Shown here: positions 47,600 to 61,291 of the stretch, piece after piece
How positions within the stretch are numbered: position 1 is the stretch's first letter
Layout: every line of letters starts with the position of its first letter
Assembly (NCBI RefSeq): GCF_006345805.1
Contig: NC_043020.1
Location: 9,610,001 to 9,674,000, forward strand
Direction of reading: 5' to 3'
DNA length: 64,000 bases
Source of the DNA: Octopus sinensis
Lineage: Eukaryota
Translations under genes and position numbers: made by a program
The notes under the pieces: model-generated
Told to the model about the DNA's origin: nothing
The model's input: only the letters and a program-made list of their open reading frames with translations
Databases searched by the model: none

Positions 47600-48647
47600 T
47601 TAAGCAGATTGAGTGACTAAGGAGAAGATAACTAATGAGTCAAAGTCTGGTGGTGGTTTATTAATGGCATGTGTACTCCACCTGTCTAACACCCATGGAC
47701 ATATTTACAAAGTCAGAAAACAGCACAGCTCCCATGACTTTAGGAAAAGTTTTTTCACACTGAGAGTTGCTGAAGCATGGAACAAACTGCCGGCATCAGT
47801 TGTTAGTTGTCGGAGCACTGCATCCTTCAAAACTTCCATGCTTCCTGAGATTCGCCAACACTACACCTGATTTTCCCACCTCCATACACACACAAGCATG
47901 TATCTGACTCATACACTGTTCACTTTCCAGACATTTGTACATTACTGCAGATGCTTTATACGTACTTTTGACAAGTTGTGGTGCACCTGAGCACTGTATA
48001 CAATAATTTCATTATTATTATGACAGGAAGAAAACAAAACTAACAAAAACGATGCTAAAAGTTTTCAGCATTTAACTAAAACAATTCCTAAATGAGAAAT
48101 GAGCCCTGCAAAGTGGGATGGCTGCTGCAGAGAGCGTCACAGGGGTCATTCTCTGCAGCAACACCACTGAAGTCCTGTCCATGGGGTGTGGCTGAACATG
48201 CCATTTGTTCTGGGGTGTACAATGTTACTCCCTCCCCCCTTCTTCTGCTGTTTAATATCCCCCTACACTTACTTTTTCTTTGTTCCCTAGTGATTAACCC
48301 TTTAGTGTTTAAACTGGTCAAATCCAGCCCAATATATTCTACATATTTTATATTCAAACTGGCCATATTTAGCCTCTCACACCAAACCTACATTGACATT
48401 CTAAAAATAAATGATCACATCATTGAAACCTCAAAGCTATAAGGTAATGCATGATTAATTCAAAACAATTTGAGTGGGAAAGTATTAGATTTAACAGAGT
48501 AATCTGAACACTAAAGGGTTAAACTATAATTTGATCTTTATGTAAACAAAGCTGTATGAAACTAGTCACAAATTTTCATAGAGAATGTAATTTTTAAGGG
48601 AGAAAAAATTTTGATAACATATACAGAAATTGTTTATATATAAATAT

Positions 48648-49027
48648 ACTAGCAGTATTGCCTGGCATTGCTCAGGTTTGTTTTCGACTCTTTAGAATTG
48701 GAATTTTTGAAAAGTAAAAATTTTGCATTATGTAGCTTGTTATTCTCTTTAAGTGAATATTTTTCTGGTTGAAATACACTGAAAAATGGCAACACAGCAG
48801 TAAAAAAAATCGTTTAAAAATAGGGATTTTCATAGAAAAAAAGCACCCTTTTGATGTAAATAATTTTTGGTCTTAACATGGTCCGATTTGAATTTTATCT
48901 TCTACGGAATGAAGAGCAAGCCTTCTTCTATCATACTCTCAATTTTGGTCAACTTGCGCCGCAGGAGATAGTGTTAGTTGAAGGTTACCAAACCTGCCAT
49001 ACACAGACAACTTCAGCTTTATATATA
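48648..49027 (-). mobile_element. Non-autonomous Helitron, family 1
   Basis: Same sequence as the 16904-17295 copy. Confidence 0.8.
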
Positions 49028-49537
49028 TCTATATATATAAAACTGTAGTTGTGTGAGTGTCTGTCCCCTTCGATTTAGATTCCTAACTACTCCCACATTT
49101 TGCGGTGCATTTTAACCAAATTCGGGTATCTTATAGTCGTGATTCATATCGAGCCCGTCTGAGTATTAGCGCGCGTCTACGATGAGTCTACGATTTTAAA
49201 AATAATTTAACATCATTTTTTATTCCATTTTAATGCATAATTTTTCGTGTGTTGATGGCGGCGGAGTTGGCGTCCATGGTCACACCTGCACCTGTTTGCT
49301 TCTCCCCCTTCTTCCCTCCCTCGTGAAGCTGTGGGGAAGGGAGTGTAAGGAAATCAACGTCGTAAAGCGTTGTCAAGGAGACCAGCGTTCTTTTAGAACG
49401 ACTTCATGGCTTGAAGACACCAAAACAGAAATGGCTAAGAAAGCCCGAATTGGCATCTATAAGGGAAGTAACTCTCTAAAAATGCTTATATAGTTATTTC
49501 CCTTACAAACCCGAGCAACGCCGGGCGATACTGCTAG
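49028..49537 (+). mobile_element. Non-autonomous Helitron, family 2
   Basis: TCTATATATATAAAAC ... cccgagcaacgccggg-cgatactg-CTAG|T. Confidence 0.85.
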
Positions 49538-50644
49538 TAGATATATAAAAAAAATAATAATAAAGATGAAACAAGTAGATAATTTGGGTATTACTACGTG
49601 TGTCTGTAGCAAAGATTTATTATTATTATTATTAACATACTGCATCATACACCTTGGCATGTAATAACATTTAAGATTACATAAGATTATGCAATGACAT
49701 GTTGATGTAACTTTGCCACATCGTCAGGTAACATTCTGAGGCTATTTAGGTGATATGGTAGCATATGTATATATGAAAAATACCAGACTCAGCATTCTTA
49801 ACCATTTTCATTATATATATGAAGACAAGTTGATAGCTTTTTGTGGTGAATTTTGTTATTATTGAAATATGATATGATTTTGATAATTTTTTTTAATGAC
49901 TACGATGTTATAATCACAACACAATTTCAGATTAAGTCAACATAGGCAAATAAGAACAAAAGAAAAATATATACACATGTATATATATATATATATATAG
50001 TTGCTTCCCAACCATAGATTCAGGTTCAGTCCCACTATATGATATTCTGGAAACAAAGACACCGTATGGACAAGCCTTTCATTTGTGAAGATCACACAGA
50101 CCTGGACCATGCTTTTACAGTGGACTGCAAGCAGACCCTGTTAATACAGCCATTGTCTACAATCAGGAGCAAAATGTGTAGATGAGGGAAATACAATCCA
50201 TTCACATGAACACACACAGCTATCTATCTATATACACTTTTTTTTTTTACTCGTTTCAGTCCTTTGACTGCGGCCATGCTGGAGCACCGCCTTTAGTCGA
50301 CCAAATCGACCCCAGGACTTATTCTTTGTAAGCCCAGTATTTATTCTATCGTTCTTCTCTTTTTGCCGAACCGCTAAGTTATGGGGACGTAAGCACATAA
50401 GCATAGGTTGTCAAGCGATATTGGGGGACAACAGAGACACTCAAACATATACACACACATACATATATATATATATATATCAGCCGAAATTGCGAGGATG
50501 ATCCGGTTCTTGACCGAAGATTGAAGGCTTCGAATGTCCCGTCCGTGTTTTTTGTATCATCTTCTAAATGTTATGTGTTGTCCCAGTTTGTATTTATATA
50601 TATATGATGATATATATATATCATATATATATATATATGATGAT

Positions 50645-50796
50645 GATATAGCGGTGTATGTATCTTCTCTCTCTTATATGTATGTATATATATATATATA
50701 TATATAGCGGCGTACGTATCCTCTCTCTCTTATATGTATGTATATATATATATATATATAGAGTGGCGTATGTACCCTCTCTCTCTTATATGTATG

Positions 50797-50833
<37 letters not shown>

Positions 50834-50925
50834 CGGTGTACGTATCCTCTCTCTCTTATATGTGTATATATATATAGCGGCATATGTACCCTCTCTCTCT
50901 TATATGTATATATATATATATATGT
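50645..50925. repeat. Compound minisatellite: gcgg.gta.gta.cctctctctcttatatgt + (TA)n, five units
   Basis: Direct inspection. Confidence 0.8.
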
Positions 50926-52748
50926 ACATGACAGTCTTTCAGTTTCCATCTACCAAGTCCACTCAAGGCTTTGGTCGACTCAGGGCTGTAGTAGAAGACT
51001 ATTGCCCAATGTGCTATGCAGTAAGATTAAACACAAAACTGTGTTTGGAAAGCAAATTTAACAATGATATATATATATATATATATATATCTTGTATGGT
51101 TAGATGTATGACTACTGTATGAGTTAGAGCTCCATGTAGATTAATCATTATCCAGTTGGCCGCCAGCATAATAGCGGTTAGTTGACCACTGTACTTAGTA
51201 GTGTAACTAATTGTGATACACAGAGCACATGTAGGGAAAAATTATGATAAACACAAGTATAAATTATTAGTTTCTACATACGTTTCAATATTGCAGTTAC
51301 TTAGAATTCTGCATGAGATGCTCTTACTACAAAGGATTACTAGGAGGGATACTTTATCATGTCTAACTATAGATATTAGAGTTCTGTAACAGAATGCAAT
51401 AAAGTGTTTCCTTGGTGATCCATCGCAGTTAGTAATCTTAATACACTTGGAACATCCAATGTTGAGTTCCTAATAAATGTAATGAGTTAAACATAGGTAG
51501 GAGCTAATAATCTATAATTGTGTTTATTGTAATCCCACCTCTACACATCTGATGTTGGGCTCAGTTCCACTGCATGGCACCTTGGGCATGTGTCTTCTAC
51601 TATAGCCCAGAGCCGACCAAAGCCTTGTGAGTGGAAACCGAAAGAAGCCCATTGTGCAGGTGTGTGTGTGTACCCTTTCTTGAAGTCATGTGATGACTAA
51701 ACAAGCATTACCTATTTCTTTACTACCCACAAGGGGCTAAACACAGAGGGGACAGGACAGACAAACGGATTAAGTCGATTACATCGACCCCCAGTGCGTA
51801 ACTGGTACTTATTTAATCGACCCCGAAAGGATGAAAGGCAAAGTCGACCTCGGCGGAATTTGAACTCAGAACGTAACGGCAGACGAAATACTGCTAAGCA
51901 TTTCGCCCGGCGTGCTAACGTTTCTGCGAGCTTGCAAGCATTACCACCACACAAACGATGCTGTTCGTTATCAGTCTTCCCTGAAAAACATGTCTGGCCA
52001 AGGGGAAAATATCACCTTGCTAAGAAGCAGGCGAGAGTTGGCAACACGGAGGGCACCTAGCCATTCCATGTGACCGATGCAAGCATGGAAAAATGGACAT
52101 TAAAAATGATGATGATGATGATGATAATGATGATGATGATGATATTCAATGCAGTAAAGAATTAGTAAAGAATATTCCCGAAAATTGTCTGGAATTTAAA
52201 AATTATTGTAATAAATTATAAAAGCAATTTAGTTGCACACAGCTTTGGTGGTATTTAATAAAATTGGTTCCGAATTTTGGCACAAGACCAGCAATCTCAG
52301 GAGAGCAGGGTAAGTTAATTACATTGACCCCAGTGCTCAACTGGTACTTATTTTACTGACCCCCGAAAGAATGAAAGGTAAAGTCGATCTCAGCAGAATT
52401 TAAACTCAGAATGTAAAGATGGATGACATACCACTAAGCTTTTTGCCCAGCATGCTAACGATTCTGCCAGTGTGCTGCCTTGTAGGTATATAATATTATC
52501 ATCATTACCTCCTCAATTTTTTTCTTATGCTACAATATAATTTCTTTCCCAAACCAATTTCCGGTAACTTTGGTAAGTATTGTGTGTCTGTGTTTGTAAT
52601 ATGATGAGGAATCTTTCACTAAACAATGACATACAAACACCAATTTGGTATTCTTTATCTTCAATAGTTTCATGCAAAACATATCTTACAGTATTTTGTT
52701 TTGGGATTTGGTTTGCAAGATTCTTTATATGATTTCGTGTGTTGAAGC

Positions 52749-52949
52749 ATATTCTGTTGTGTCTGGGGAGAGTCATTTTCTTTTCGTGCCTTATAATGTA
52801 ACACACTCAAGACTATTGAAAATGTTGCAAGACGCAACGAAAATTTTAGGAAAATAAAAATAAGAAAAAAGTGGAAATTTTACCGGTGAGTGTGTTACAT
52901 TATAAGGCACAAAAATAAAAATGAATCTTCCCCAGATACAACAGAATAT
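52749..52949. repeat. Inverted repeat, about 61-bp arms, about 77-nt spacer
   Basis: 52749-52809 vs 52887-52949. Confidence 0.8.
52813..52849 (+). ncRNA. Minimal hammerhead-like fold with U3-A8 core (UUGAAAA...GAAA)
   Basis: Stem I cta/tag, stem II gttgc/gcaac, palindromic aatt; lies in the spacer of the inverted repeat 52749-52949. Confidence 0.5.
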
Positions 52950-54701
52950 CTTACAGTGCTTTGTGTATGTGAGTGCAAGACTAGAAGGAATGCCAGAACT
53001 ACTGACACTTGATAGAACGGAGAGTTAATGTTGAATGTAAAATGAAAACAATGACATTTTCTCATACCAGCTGCACACAAAAGCATTTATATTGATTACT
53101 CTTTACAATGGATCAATGCATTAGCACACACATATACACCAACCACTATTAACCCTTTAGCATTTAAACCGGCCATATCCGGCCAAAAGTATTCTACCTG
53201 TTTTATGTTCAAACTGGCCAGATCTGGTCTCTCACACCAGCCCTAGAATATCATTTTAAAAATTAACAGCTACCTCATCGAAATCTCATAGCTACAAGAT
53301 AATGCCTGATTAGTTCAAGGCAATGTGGATAAAAAAGGATTAATTTTGGCAGAATAATGTGAACACTAAAGGGTTAAATATACATATTTATGTGTATGTG
53401 TATAAGTACATATATGTGTGTGTGTGTGTGTGTGTATATACTCCCTTTGGTGCGTTCATGTACACATATACACACAAATTACTTTTTGCTCATACACACA
53501 CACACACACACGTGTATGTGTGCAAGTGTACTCCCTTTGATGAAGTTATACACACATCACTTATTCTGATTAAGGTAGAAACACATGATCCTTTCATATA
53601 CAACCCAATCTGAAACACAGAATCCTGACTCAATGCAGAATACAACCTCACACACGCCCATTTTACTTCCTTACATCAACAATCTTGAAGCACATATACA
53701 TGAACCAATGAATACCTATTTCTTTATTGCCCACAAGGGGCTAAACACAGAGGGGACAAACAAGGACAGACATAGGTATTAAGTCGATTATATTTTTTTT
53801 TCTGTCGTTTCAGCTCAGAGCTGTGGCCATGCTGTTGCACCGCCGTTAAAATGTAAACACAAGCGAAAATATATTTCTTTACTACCCACAAGGGGCGAGA
53901 GACAGAGGACAAACAAGGACAGACAAATGGATTAAATCGATTATATCGACCCCAGTGCCTAACTGGTACTTATTTAATCGACCCCGAAAGGATGAAAGGC
54001 AAAGTCAACCTTGGCAGAATTTGAACTCAGAACGTAGCGGCAGACGAAATACCTATTTCTTTACTACCCACAAGGAGCTAAACACAGAGGGGACAAACAA
54101 GGACAGACATAGGTATTAAGTCGATTACATCGACCCTAGTGCGTAACTGGTACTTAATTTATTGACCCCGAAAGGACGAAAGGCAAAGTCGACCTCGGCG
54201 GAATTTGAACTCAGAACGTAACGGCAGACGAAATACCGCTAAGCATTTCAACTGGCATGCTAACGTTTCTGCCAGCTCGCCACATGGTTCAATGTGACAT
54301 AAGCACACACACACACACACTAATCTTTCCTGTAGAGTCACACATATATACACACACAGTTTTTCATTTTCATGTTTAACCCATTAGCATTCAAACCGGT
54401 CATGTCCAGCTCAAATAAGTTTTATGTTTAAACTGACCAGATCTGGCCTGACATCATCTACCCGACGATGTCCTTCTTAAAATAAACAAAATCACATCAA
54501 AATCTTGAAGCTGCTTGATTAATTAAAAGCAATGTGAATAAATAAGCAATACATTTGACTGAGTAATCTGAATGTTAAAGGATTAATATTTAAGACACAC
54601 AAATAATACTTCCATATTATGGATCACACATGGTTCAATGTGTGATACAAGGGGTGATATAAGCACACACACACACGCACAGACTAACCTTTTCCTTAGA
54701 T

Positions 54702-55253
54702 CAGTGGTTTTCAACCAGGGTTCCGCCAGTACAGTCCAGGGGTTCCACAAGAAGTTACAAAACTGCTAGAATCGGCAGTAATTTTTAATTCTCCTGTGCA
54801 GATATGTGTGCATAAGACTATTAAAATATTGCACAGGGGTTCCTCGAGCCAGTGGAATGTTTCCTTGGGGTTCTGCTCCAGCAAAAAGTTTGAAAAACAC
54901 TGCTCTAGATAATGTATTTCTATATATTCAATGGCAGTGTTGTGACCGGAATATAACCATAGGTCAGGCATGACCATGAATTACATATCAGTGACAAAGG
55001 ATCCATTTAATCTTTGTAGAAAGGATAGCAAGGTGTTTCGGACACTCTAGATCAGTGGTTTTCAACCAGGGTTCTGCCAGTACAGTCCAGGGGTTCCACA
55101 AGAAGTCACAAAACTGCTAAAATCGGCAGTAATTTTTAATTCTCCTGTGCAGATATGTGTGCACAAGACTATTAAATTATTGCACAGGGGTTCCTCGAGC
55201 CAGTGGAATGTTTCCTTGGGGTTCCGCTCCAGCAAAAAGGTTGAAAAGCACTG
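54702..55253 (-). mobile_element. Composite hAT: two copies of the 201-bp MITE around a 150-bp spacer
   Basis: Outer 8-mer CCTTAGAT (54694-54701, 55254-55261); inner 8-mer CTCTAGAT (54903-54910, 55045-55052). Confidence 0.85.
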
Positions 55254-55728
55254 CCTTAGATGGATCAATGAAAAGTACCCTTTCACACATACACACACAC
55301 AATTTTGACGATTAATAGGTAACATACATAATACACACACAGAAACACTGTACATTCTTATTAAAACTCATTACAAAATACATACATACATACATACACA
55401 TACTTTCACAACTGCACAAACATACACAGCCCTTAATAAGGCATTGTTTAGAACACGCAGACGCTTCTCTATTTCTAAGGCACAATATAGACCACATACA
55501 CATATACATACACTCTCTAATCATATATACACAAACAGAGATTCACTCATTTAATAGATAAAAGTAGAAAATATAGAATGAAAGGCAGGGATAGACAGTC
55601 CCTGACTCTTCTTCTGCAATGGATGTATGCCGAAAATTGAATATAATGGAGACATTGCTGTGGTGACAGAAGACAGAGTAAATAATAATAATAATAATGA
55701 TAATAATAATACTCTGTGTTCATCAGTC

Positions 55729-55818
55729 TCAGTATGTAGGCCCCTCATCAACATCATCATCATCGTCATCACCATAATCTTCCCCATTATCAAAGTAGTT
55801 CAAATTGTAGTCATTGTC
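55729..55818 (-). CDS. POLR3G: RPC7 terminal exon (DNDYNLNYFDNGEDYGDDDDDDVDEGPTY*)
   Basis: DY-x-x-x-YFDNGED motif and terminal Tyr as in POLR3G/GL; tttgcag acceptor. Confidence 0.94.
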   Translation of the reverse strand, partial: DNDYNLNYFDNGEDYGDDDDDDVDEGPTY

Positions 55819-56398
55819 CTGCAAAAAAAGAAAAGAAAAAGAAAATAAAATCATCATTATTTAGCAAGTGTCTTCTGCTATAGCCTCGGGCCGACCTAAG
55901 CCTTGTGAGTGGATTTGGTAGACGGAAACTGAAAGAAACCCGTCGTATATATATATGTATATGTGTGTGTGTGTTTGTGTGTCAGTATTTGTCCTCCTAG
56001 CATTGCTTGACAACCGATGCTGGTATGTTTACGTCCCCGTCACTTAGCGGTTTGGCAAAAGAGACCGATAGAATAAGTACTGGGCTTACAAAAAGAATAA
56101 GTCCCAGTGTCGAGTTGCTCGATTAAAGGCGGTGGTGCTCCAGCATGGCCGCAGTCAAATGACACTGAAACAAGTATAAAAGAGTAAAAAGAGAGAGAAA
56201 CCTCTTCCTCCTCAAATCCTATCTTATCTTAAAAAAAAAACAAAAAAAAAACGAAACTGTGGTGGTCATGGCTGGAACACACCACACCGGGTCACAGATC
56301 TACAAGATCAGTGTTGACCTGGTTCTAAACAACAACTTGGTCCCTTCTATGGTCAAATGTGTGCTGGCTACAAAATAAAACCAAGAACAATAGTTTAC

Positions 56399-56503
56399 CT
56401 CTTCTTCCTCTTCTTCCTCATAGTACTCTTCCAGCTCATTCTCTTCTCCTTCGTTTTCTTCCGTTTCATTCTCATCAGGATTCACATCTTTCTTCTCCAA
56501 ACT
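56399..56503 (-). CDS. POLR3G: RPC7 acidic exon (SLEKKDVNPDENETEENEGEENELEEYYEEEEEEE)
   Basis: ttttcag acceptor, gag|gtaaac donor; acidic tract typical of RPC7. Confidence 0.9.
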
Positions 56504-57219
56504 CTGAAAATATTAATTAATCAAATTACTTAAAAGAAACAAAAAAAAAATTAACGTGGGAGGCATGGCTGTGTGGTAAGTAGCTTGCAAACCAACCACA
56601 TGGTTCCGGGTTCAGTCCCACTGCGTGGCATCTTGGGCAAGTGTCTTCTGCTATAGCCCCGGGCCGACCAATGCCTTGTGAGTGGATTTGGTAGACGGAA
56701 ACTGAAAGAAGCCTGTCGTATATATGTATATATATATATAAGTGTGTGTGTATATGTTTGTGTGTCTGTGTTTGTCCCCCTAGCATTGCTTGACAACCGA
56801 TGTTGGTGTGTTTATGTCCCCGTCACTTAGCGGTTCGGCAAAAGAGACTGATAGAATAAGTACTAGGCTTACAAAGAATAAGTCCCGGGGTCGATTTGCT
56901 CGACTAAAGGCGGTGCTCCAGCATGGCCGCAGTCAAAATGACTGAAACAAGTAAAAGAGTAAAAGAGAAAAGAGTAGGAGGCATGGCTGTGTGGTTAAGA
57001 AGCTTGCTTTGCAACCATGTGGTTTTGGGTTCAGTCCCACTGTGCAGCATTTTGGGTAAGTGTCTTCTATAATTATAGCCCTGGGCCAAGTTTGGTGGAT
57101 GGATGATACTGTGTGGAATCTAGACAGACACACATACAATGCCACACATATAGGGTCTGACATGTACACGATGTCACATACAGAGACACATACAATGTAT
57201 AGAGTCTCACACACATACA

Positions 57220-57632
57220 CTTACACAATGTGACATGCACACACACACACACAGTGGCACAATGTCACACACATACACACACACAGAATGGTACAATTCC
57301 ACACAGAGTGACATGATGCCACACACACACACAGTGGCACATCACACAGACACAGCGACCCAATTCCAAACACAGTGGCAAAATTCCACACACATAAACA
57401 GAGTGGCACAATGCCAAACACACAGAGTGACCCAGTGCCACACATATAGAGTGACCCAATGCCACACACACTGTGACTTAATGCCACACATACACTGGCA
57501 TAATGTCTCACACACACACACACACACACACAGACTGACCCAATGCCCCCCCCCCCCCACAGAGTGACCCAGTGCCACACACACAGTGACTTAATGCCAC
57601 ACAGACTAGCATAATGTCTCACACACACACAT
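57220..57632. repeat. CA-rich degenerate minisatellite abutting the POLR3G exon donor
   Basis: Recurring cacacagagtgaccca.tgccaca units. Confidence 0.75.
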
Positions 57633-57634
57633 AC

Positions 57635-57756
57635 CTCCAAAGTCTTCAGAACCTCAGCAGCCTCAGCTTTGGTCGGAACATTTGGTTTCGGGGTGAACCT
57701 GACTTTCTTCAGTTTCTTCTTCAGTGTTTTGAGTTCAGGCGGAAGACGATCCCAAT
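57635..57756 (-). CDS. POLR3G: RPC7 exon (DWDRLPPELKTLKKKLKKVRFTPKPNVPTKAEAAEVLKTLE)
   Basis: DWxRLPxEL motif; tttag acceptor, gag|gtatgt donor; phases fit. Confidence 0.92.
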
Positions 57757-57803
57757 CTAAAAGTCAAACACAGAAATACATTACATATTGTGAGTGTATA
57801 TAA

Positions 57804-58198
57804 TCTTTATATATAAAAGTAAGGTTGTGTGTCTGTATCCTACGATTTAGATTCCTAACTACTCCCACATTTTGCGGTGCAGTTTAACCAAAACCGGGTA
57901 TCTTATAGTCGTGATTCATATCGAACCCTTCTGGGTATTAGCACGCGTCTACGATGAGTCTACGATTTTAAAAATAATTTACCATCATTTTTTCCCATTT
58001 TAATGCATATTTTTTTAAATATAAGGGAAGTAACTCTCTAAAAATGTCTACGATGAGTCAACGATTTAAAAAAAAATTTACCATCATATTTTTTCCATTT
58101 TTAATGCATTTTTTTGCTATTTTTTGGCTATAACTCTCTAAAAATGCTTTATAGTTATTTCCCTTACAAACCCGAGCAACGCCGGGCGATACTGCTAG
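57804..58198 (+). mobile_element. Non-autonomous Helitron, family 2
   Basis: A|TC ... hairpin CTAG|T; shares internal blocks with 49028-49537. Confidence 0.85.
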
Positions 58199-59260
58199 TT
58201 ATATATACAGCAATTTACATTATATGCCAGGAATAATTACCACTATACAGCAATACATATATAACAAGAGTGTGTATCATTATCACAGTCTAAAATCTAT
58301 ACACAGAAATAATTTATATAGGTGCAGGAGTGGCTGCGTGGTAAGTAGCTTGATAACCAACCACATGGTTCTGGGTTCAGTCCCACTGCGTGGCATCTTG
58401 GGCAAGTGTCTTCTGCTATAGCCCCGGGCCGACCAATGCCTTGTGAGTGGATTTGGTAGACGGAAACTGAAAGAAGCCTGTCGTATATATGTGTATATAT
58501 ATATATATATATATGTTTGTGTGTCTGTGTTTGTCCCCCTAGCATTGCTTGACAACCGATGCTGGTGTGTTTACGTCCCCGTCACTTAGCGGTTCGGCAA
58601 AAGAGACCGATAGAACAAGTACTGGGCTTACAAAGAATAAGTCCCGGGGTCGATTTGCTCGACTAAAGGCGGTGCTCCAGCATGGCCGCAGTCAAATGAC
58701 TGAAACAAGTAAAAGAGTAAAAAAGAATATCATAGGTGTAGGCATGGCTGTATGGTTAGAAGGCTTGCTTCTCAACCAAATGGTTTCTGGTTGAGTTTCA
58801 GTGAATGACACCTTGGGCAAGTATCTTCTGTAATAGCCTTGGGCTGACCGAAACCTTGTGATTGAATTTGGTAGATGAAAGTTCCTGTTGTGTGTGTACA
58901 TGTGTGTGAAAGTGCCTGTGCCTCCTTATTTCTTTACTACCCACAAGGGGCTAAACATAGAGGGGACAAACAAGGACAGACAAACGGATTAAGTTGATTA
59001 CATCGACCCCCAGTGCCTAACTGGTACTTAATTTATCGACTCCGAAAGGATGAAAGGCAAAGTCAACCTCGGCGGAATTTGAACTCAGAATGTAACGGCA
59101 GACGAAATACGGCTACGCATTTCGCCCGGCGTGCTAACGATTCTGCCTCCTAACAGAGCTGAAGAAGTGTATATAATTATATATACAATAATATACATTA
59201 TATATCAGGAGTATTTATTATTATACTGCTAAACACACACATACACATATATATATATAT

Positions 59261-59550
59261 GTGGAGGCACAATGGCCCAGTGGTTAGGGCAGCGGACTCG
59301 TGGTTTCGATTCCCAGACTGGGCGTTGTGAGTGTTTATCGAGCGAAAACACCTAAAGCTCCACGAGGCTCCAGCAGGGGGTGGTGGTGGCGATCCCTGCT
59401 GTACTCTTTCACCACAACTTTCTCTCACTCTTTCTTCTGTTGGCCTGCTCGCTTAGCCAGCGGGGTGGCGTCATTTGAAGGCTAAAACAATGCGAAGCGC
59501 ATTGTGACCAGCGATATGTATCAACATCTGATAGCCTGGTCGGTCACAGT
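59261..59550 (+). mobile_element. SINE family D, tail type 2 (also 9662-9966)
   Basis: Same head/body, then gttggcctgctcgcttagccagcgggg...ggtcggtcac tail. Confidence 0.85.
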
Positions 59551-59882
59551 GATCACAGTGATATATATATATCAGAAGTGTATACTATTATCACAGTTAT
59601 GCATTATATATCATAATTTAATGTCTATGTTCCATATTGGCATGGGCCGGATGGTTTAAAAGGATCTGATGGGTCCAAGAACTGCATAGTGCTCTAGTGT
59701 CTGTTTGACATGGTTTTTGAAGGCTAGATGCCCTTCTGAACACCAAGCACTTTACAATATGTACTGAGTGGTTTCCAAGTGCCACCAGCACAAGTGAGGT
59801 TGCCTTGCAGCTTGCAAGACCATGAACGTTGAGTGGGGATAGGTAGCTTTATGCTAGAAGCATAATATGAAGCATAATATAT

Positions 59883-60180
59883 GTGGAGGCACATGGCCTA
59901 GTGGTTAGAGCAGCAGACTCGCGGTCGAGTGATTGCGGGTTCGAATCTCAGACCGGGTGATGCGTGTGTGTATGAGCGAAAACACCTAAGCTCCACGCGG
60001 CTCTGGCAGAAGGTAATGGTGAACTTCTGCTGACTCTTTCGCCACAACTTTCTCTCGCTCTTTCCTCCTGCATCTTGCAGCTCACCTGCGACGGACCGGC
60101 GTCCCGTCAAGGTGGGTAACCTATATGCCAAGGAAACGGGCCTTTATGAGACAGGCATGGTTCGAGAAGGAACAAACAAT
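59883..60180 (+). mobile_element. SINE family D, tail type 3 with V-domain-like motif (also 13085-13280)
   Basis: Same body, then cctgcgacggaccggcgtcccgtc...gccaaggaaaccggg tail. Confidence 0.8.
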
Positions 60181-60721
60181 AATATGAAGGGCGTACATCA
60201 TCATCATCATCGTTTAACGTCCGTTCTCCATGCTAGCATGGGTTGGACGGTGCGACCGGGGATCTGGGAAGCCGGAAGGCTGCACCAGGTTCCAGTCAGA
60301 TCTGGCAGTGTTTCTATGGCTGGATGCCTTTCCTAACGCCAACCACTCCGTGAGTGTAGTGGGTGCTTTTTACGTGCCAGACAGGGCTGGCAACGGCCAC
60401 GGTTGGATGGTGCTTTTTACGTGCCACCCGCACAGGTGCTAGATGGAGCTGGTAAACGGCCACAAACGGATGGTGCTTTTTACGTGCCACCGGCACGGGG
60501 GCCAGGCGAGGCTGGCAACAGCCACGATCGGATGGTGCTTTTTATGTGTCACCGGCACAGGGGCCAGGCGAGGCTGGCAACATTATTTACATTCGACGAA
60601 TATTTGTCCTCATCTTGTTTGTTGTTAACACGTTTCAGCTGATATACTCTTCAACCGTCATTAGGCGTCTTGGGGAAATTTCAAACCTAGGTTCTTATTC
60701 CTAAGGTATTTTTCCATATTA

Positions 60722-61085
60722 TCTCTCTCTATATAAACGGCAGTTTGTCTGTCTGCGTGACTGTCAGGTTGTACCCTCACCCTGACCACGGCTTTCAACC
60801 GATTCTGATGAAACTTGACACACACATAGCCCAATGTCATAATTCAAAACTAACGCAGCGAAAATTTTGAAAAGTTCCCCCAGTTCTGAAAAAAATCGAT
60901 AAATTCGACATGGGGTCGAGAATCAGAAACACAAACCGCAGACTGTCTATGGGACGCAACTCGACCTTTTTAACTAAAAAAAAATTTACCATCATTTTTT
61001 TGCTACTTTTTGGCTATAACTCTCTAAAAATGCTTTTATAGTTATTTCCCTTACAAACCCGAGCAACCCTGGGCGATACTGCTAG
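60722..61085 (+). mobile_element. Non-autonomous Helitron, different internal sequence, same 3' end
   Basis: TC start, gttatttcccttacaaacccgagcaac...CTAG|T end. Confidence 0.75.
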
Positions 61086-61291
61086 TTATCATTATAATTA
61101 TTATAATTATTATTCAGGTCACTGCCAGGAATCGAACAAGTAGACAAGTAGACAAAATTTAAATTTCAAACCTGGGTTCTTATTCCTAAGGTATTTTTCG
61201 ATATTATTATTATTATAATTATTATCATTATTATTAGGTCATTGCCTGGAATCGAACAAGTAGACAAGTATACAAAATTTAAAGATCAAAC

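Noticed and set aside
59883-59960. tRNA gene-like sequences (also at 9662, 20620, 25006)
   Set aside because: SINE heads: A/B boxes present but no complete acceptor stem, and always followed by a SINE body
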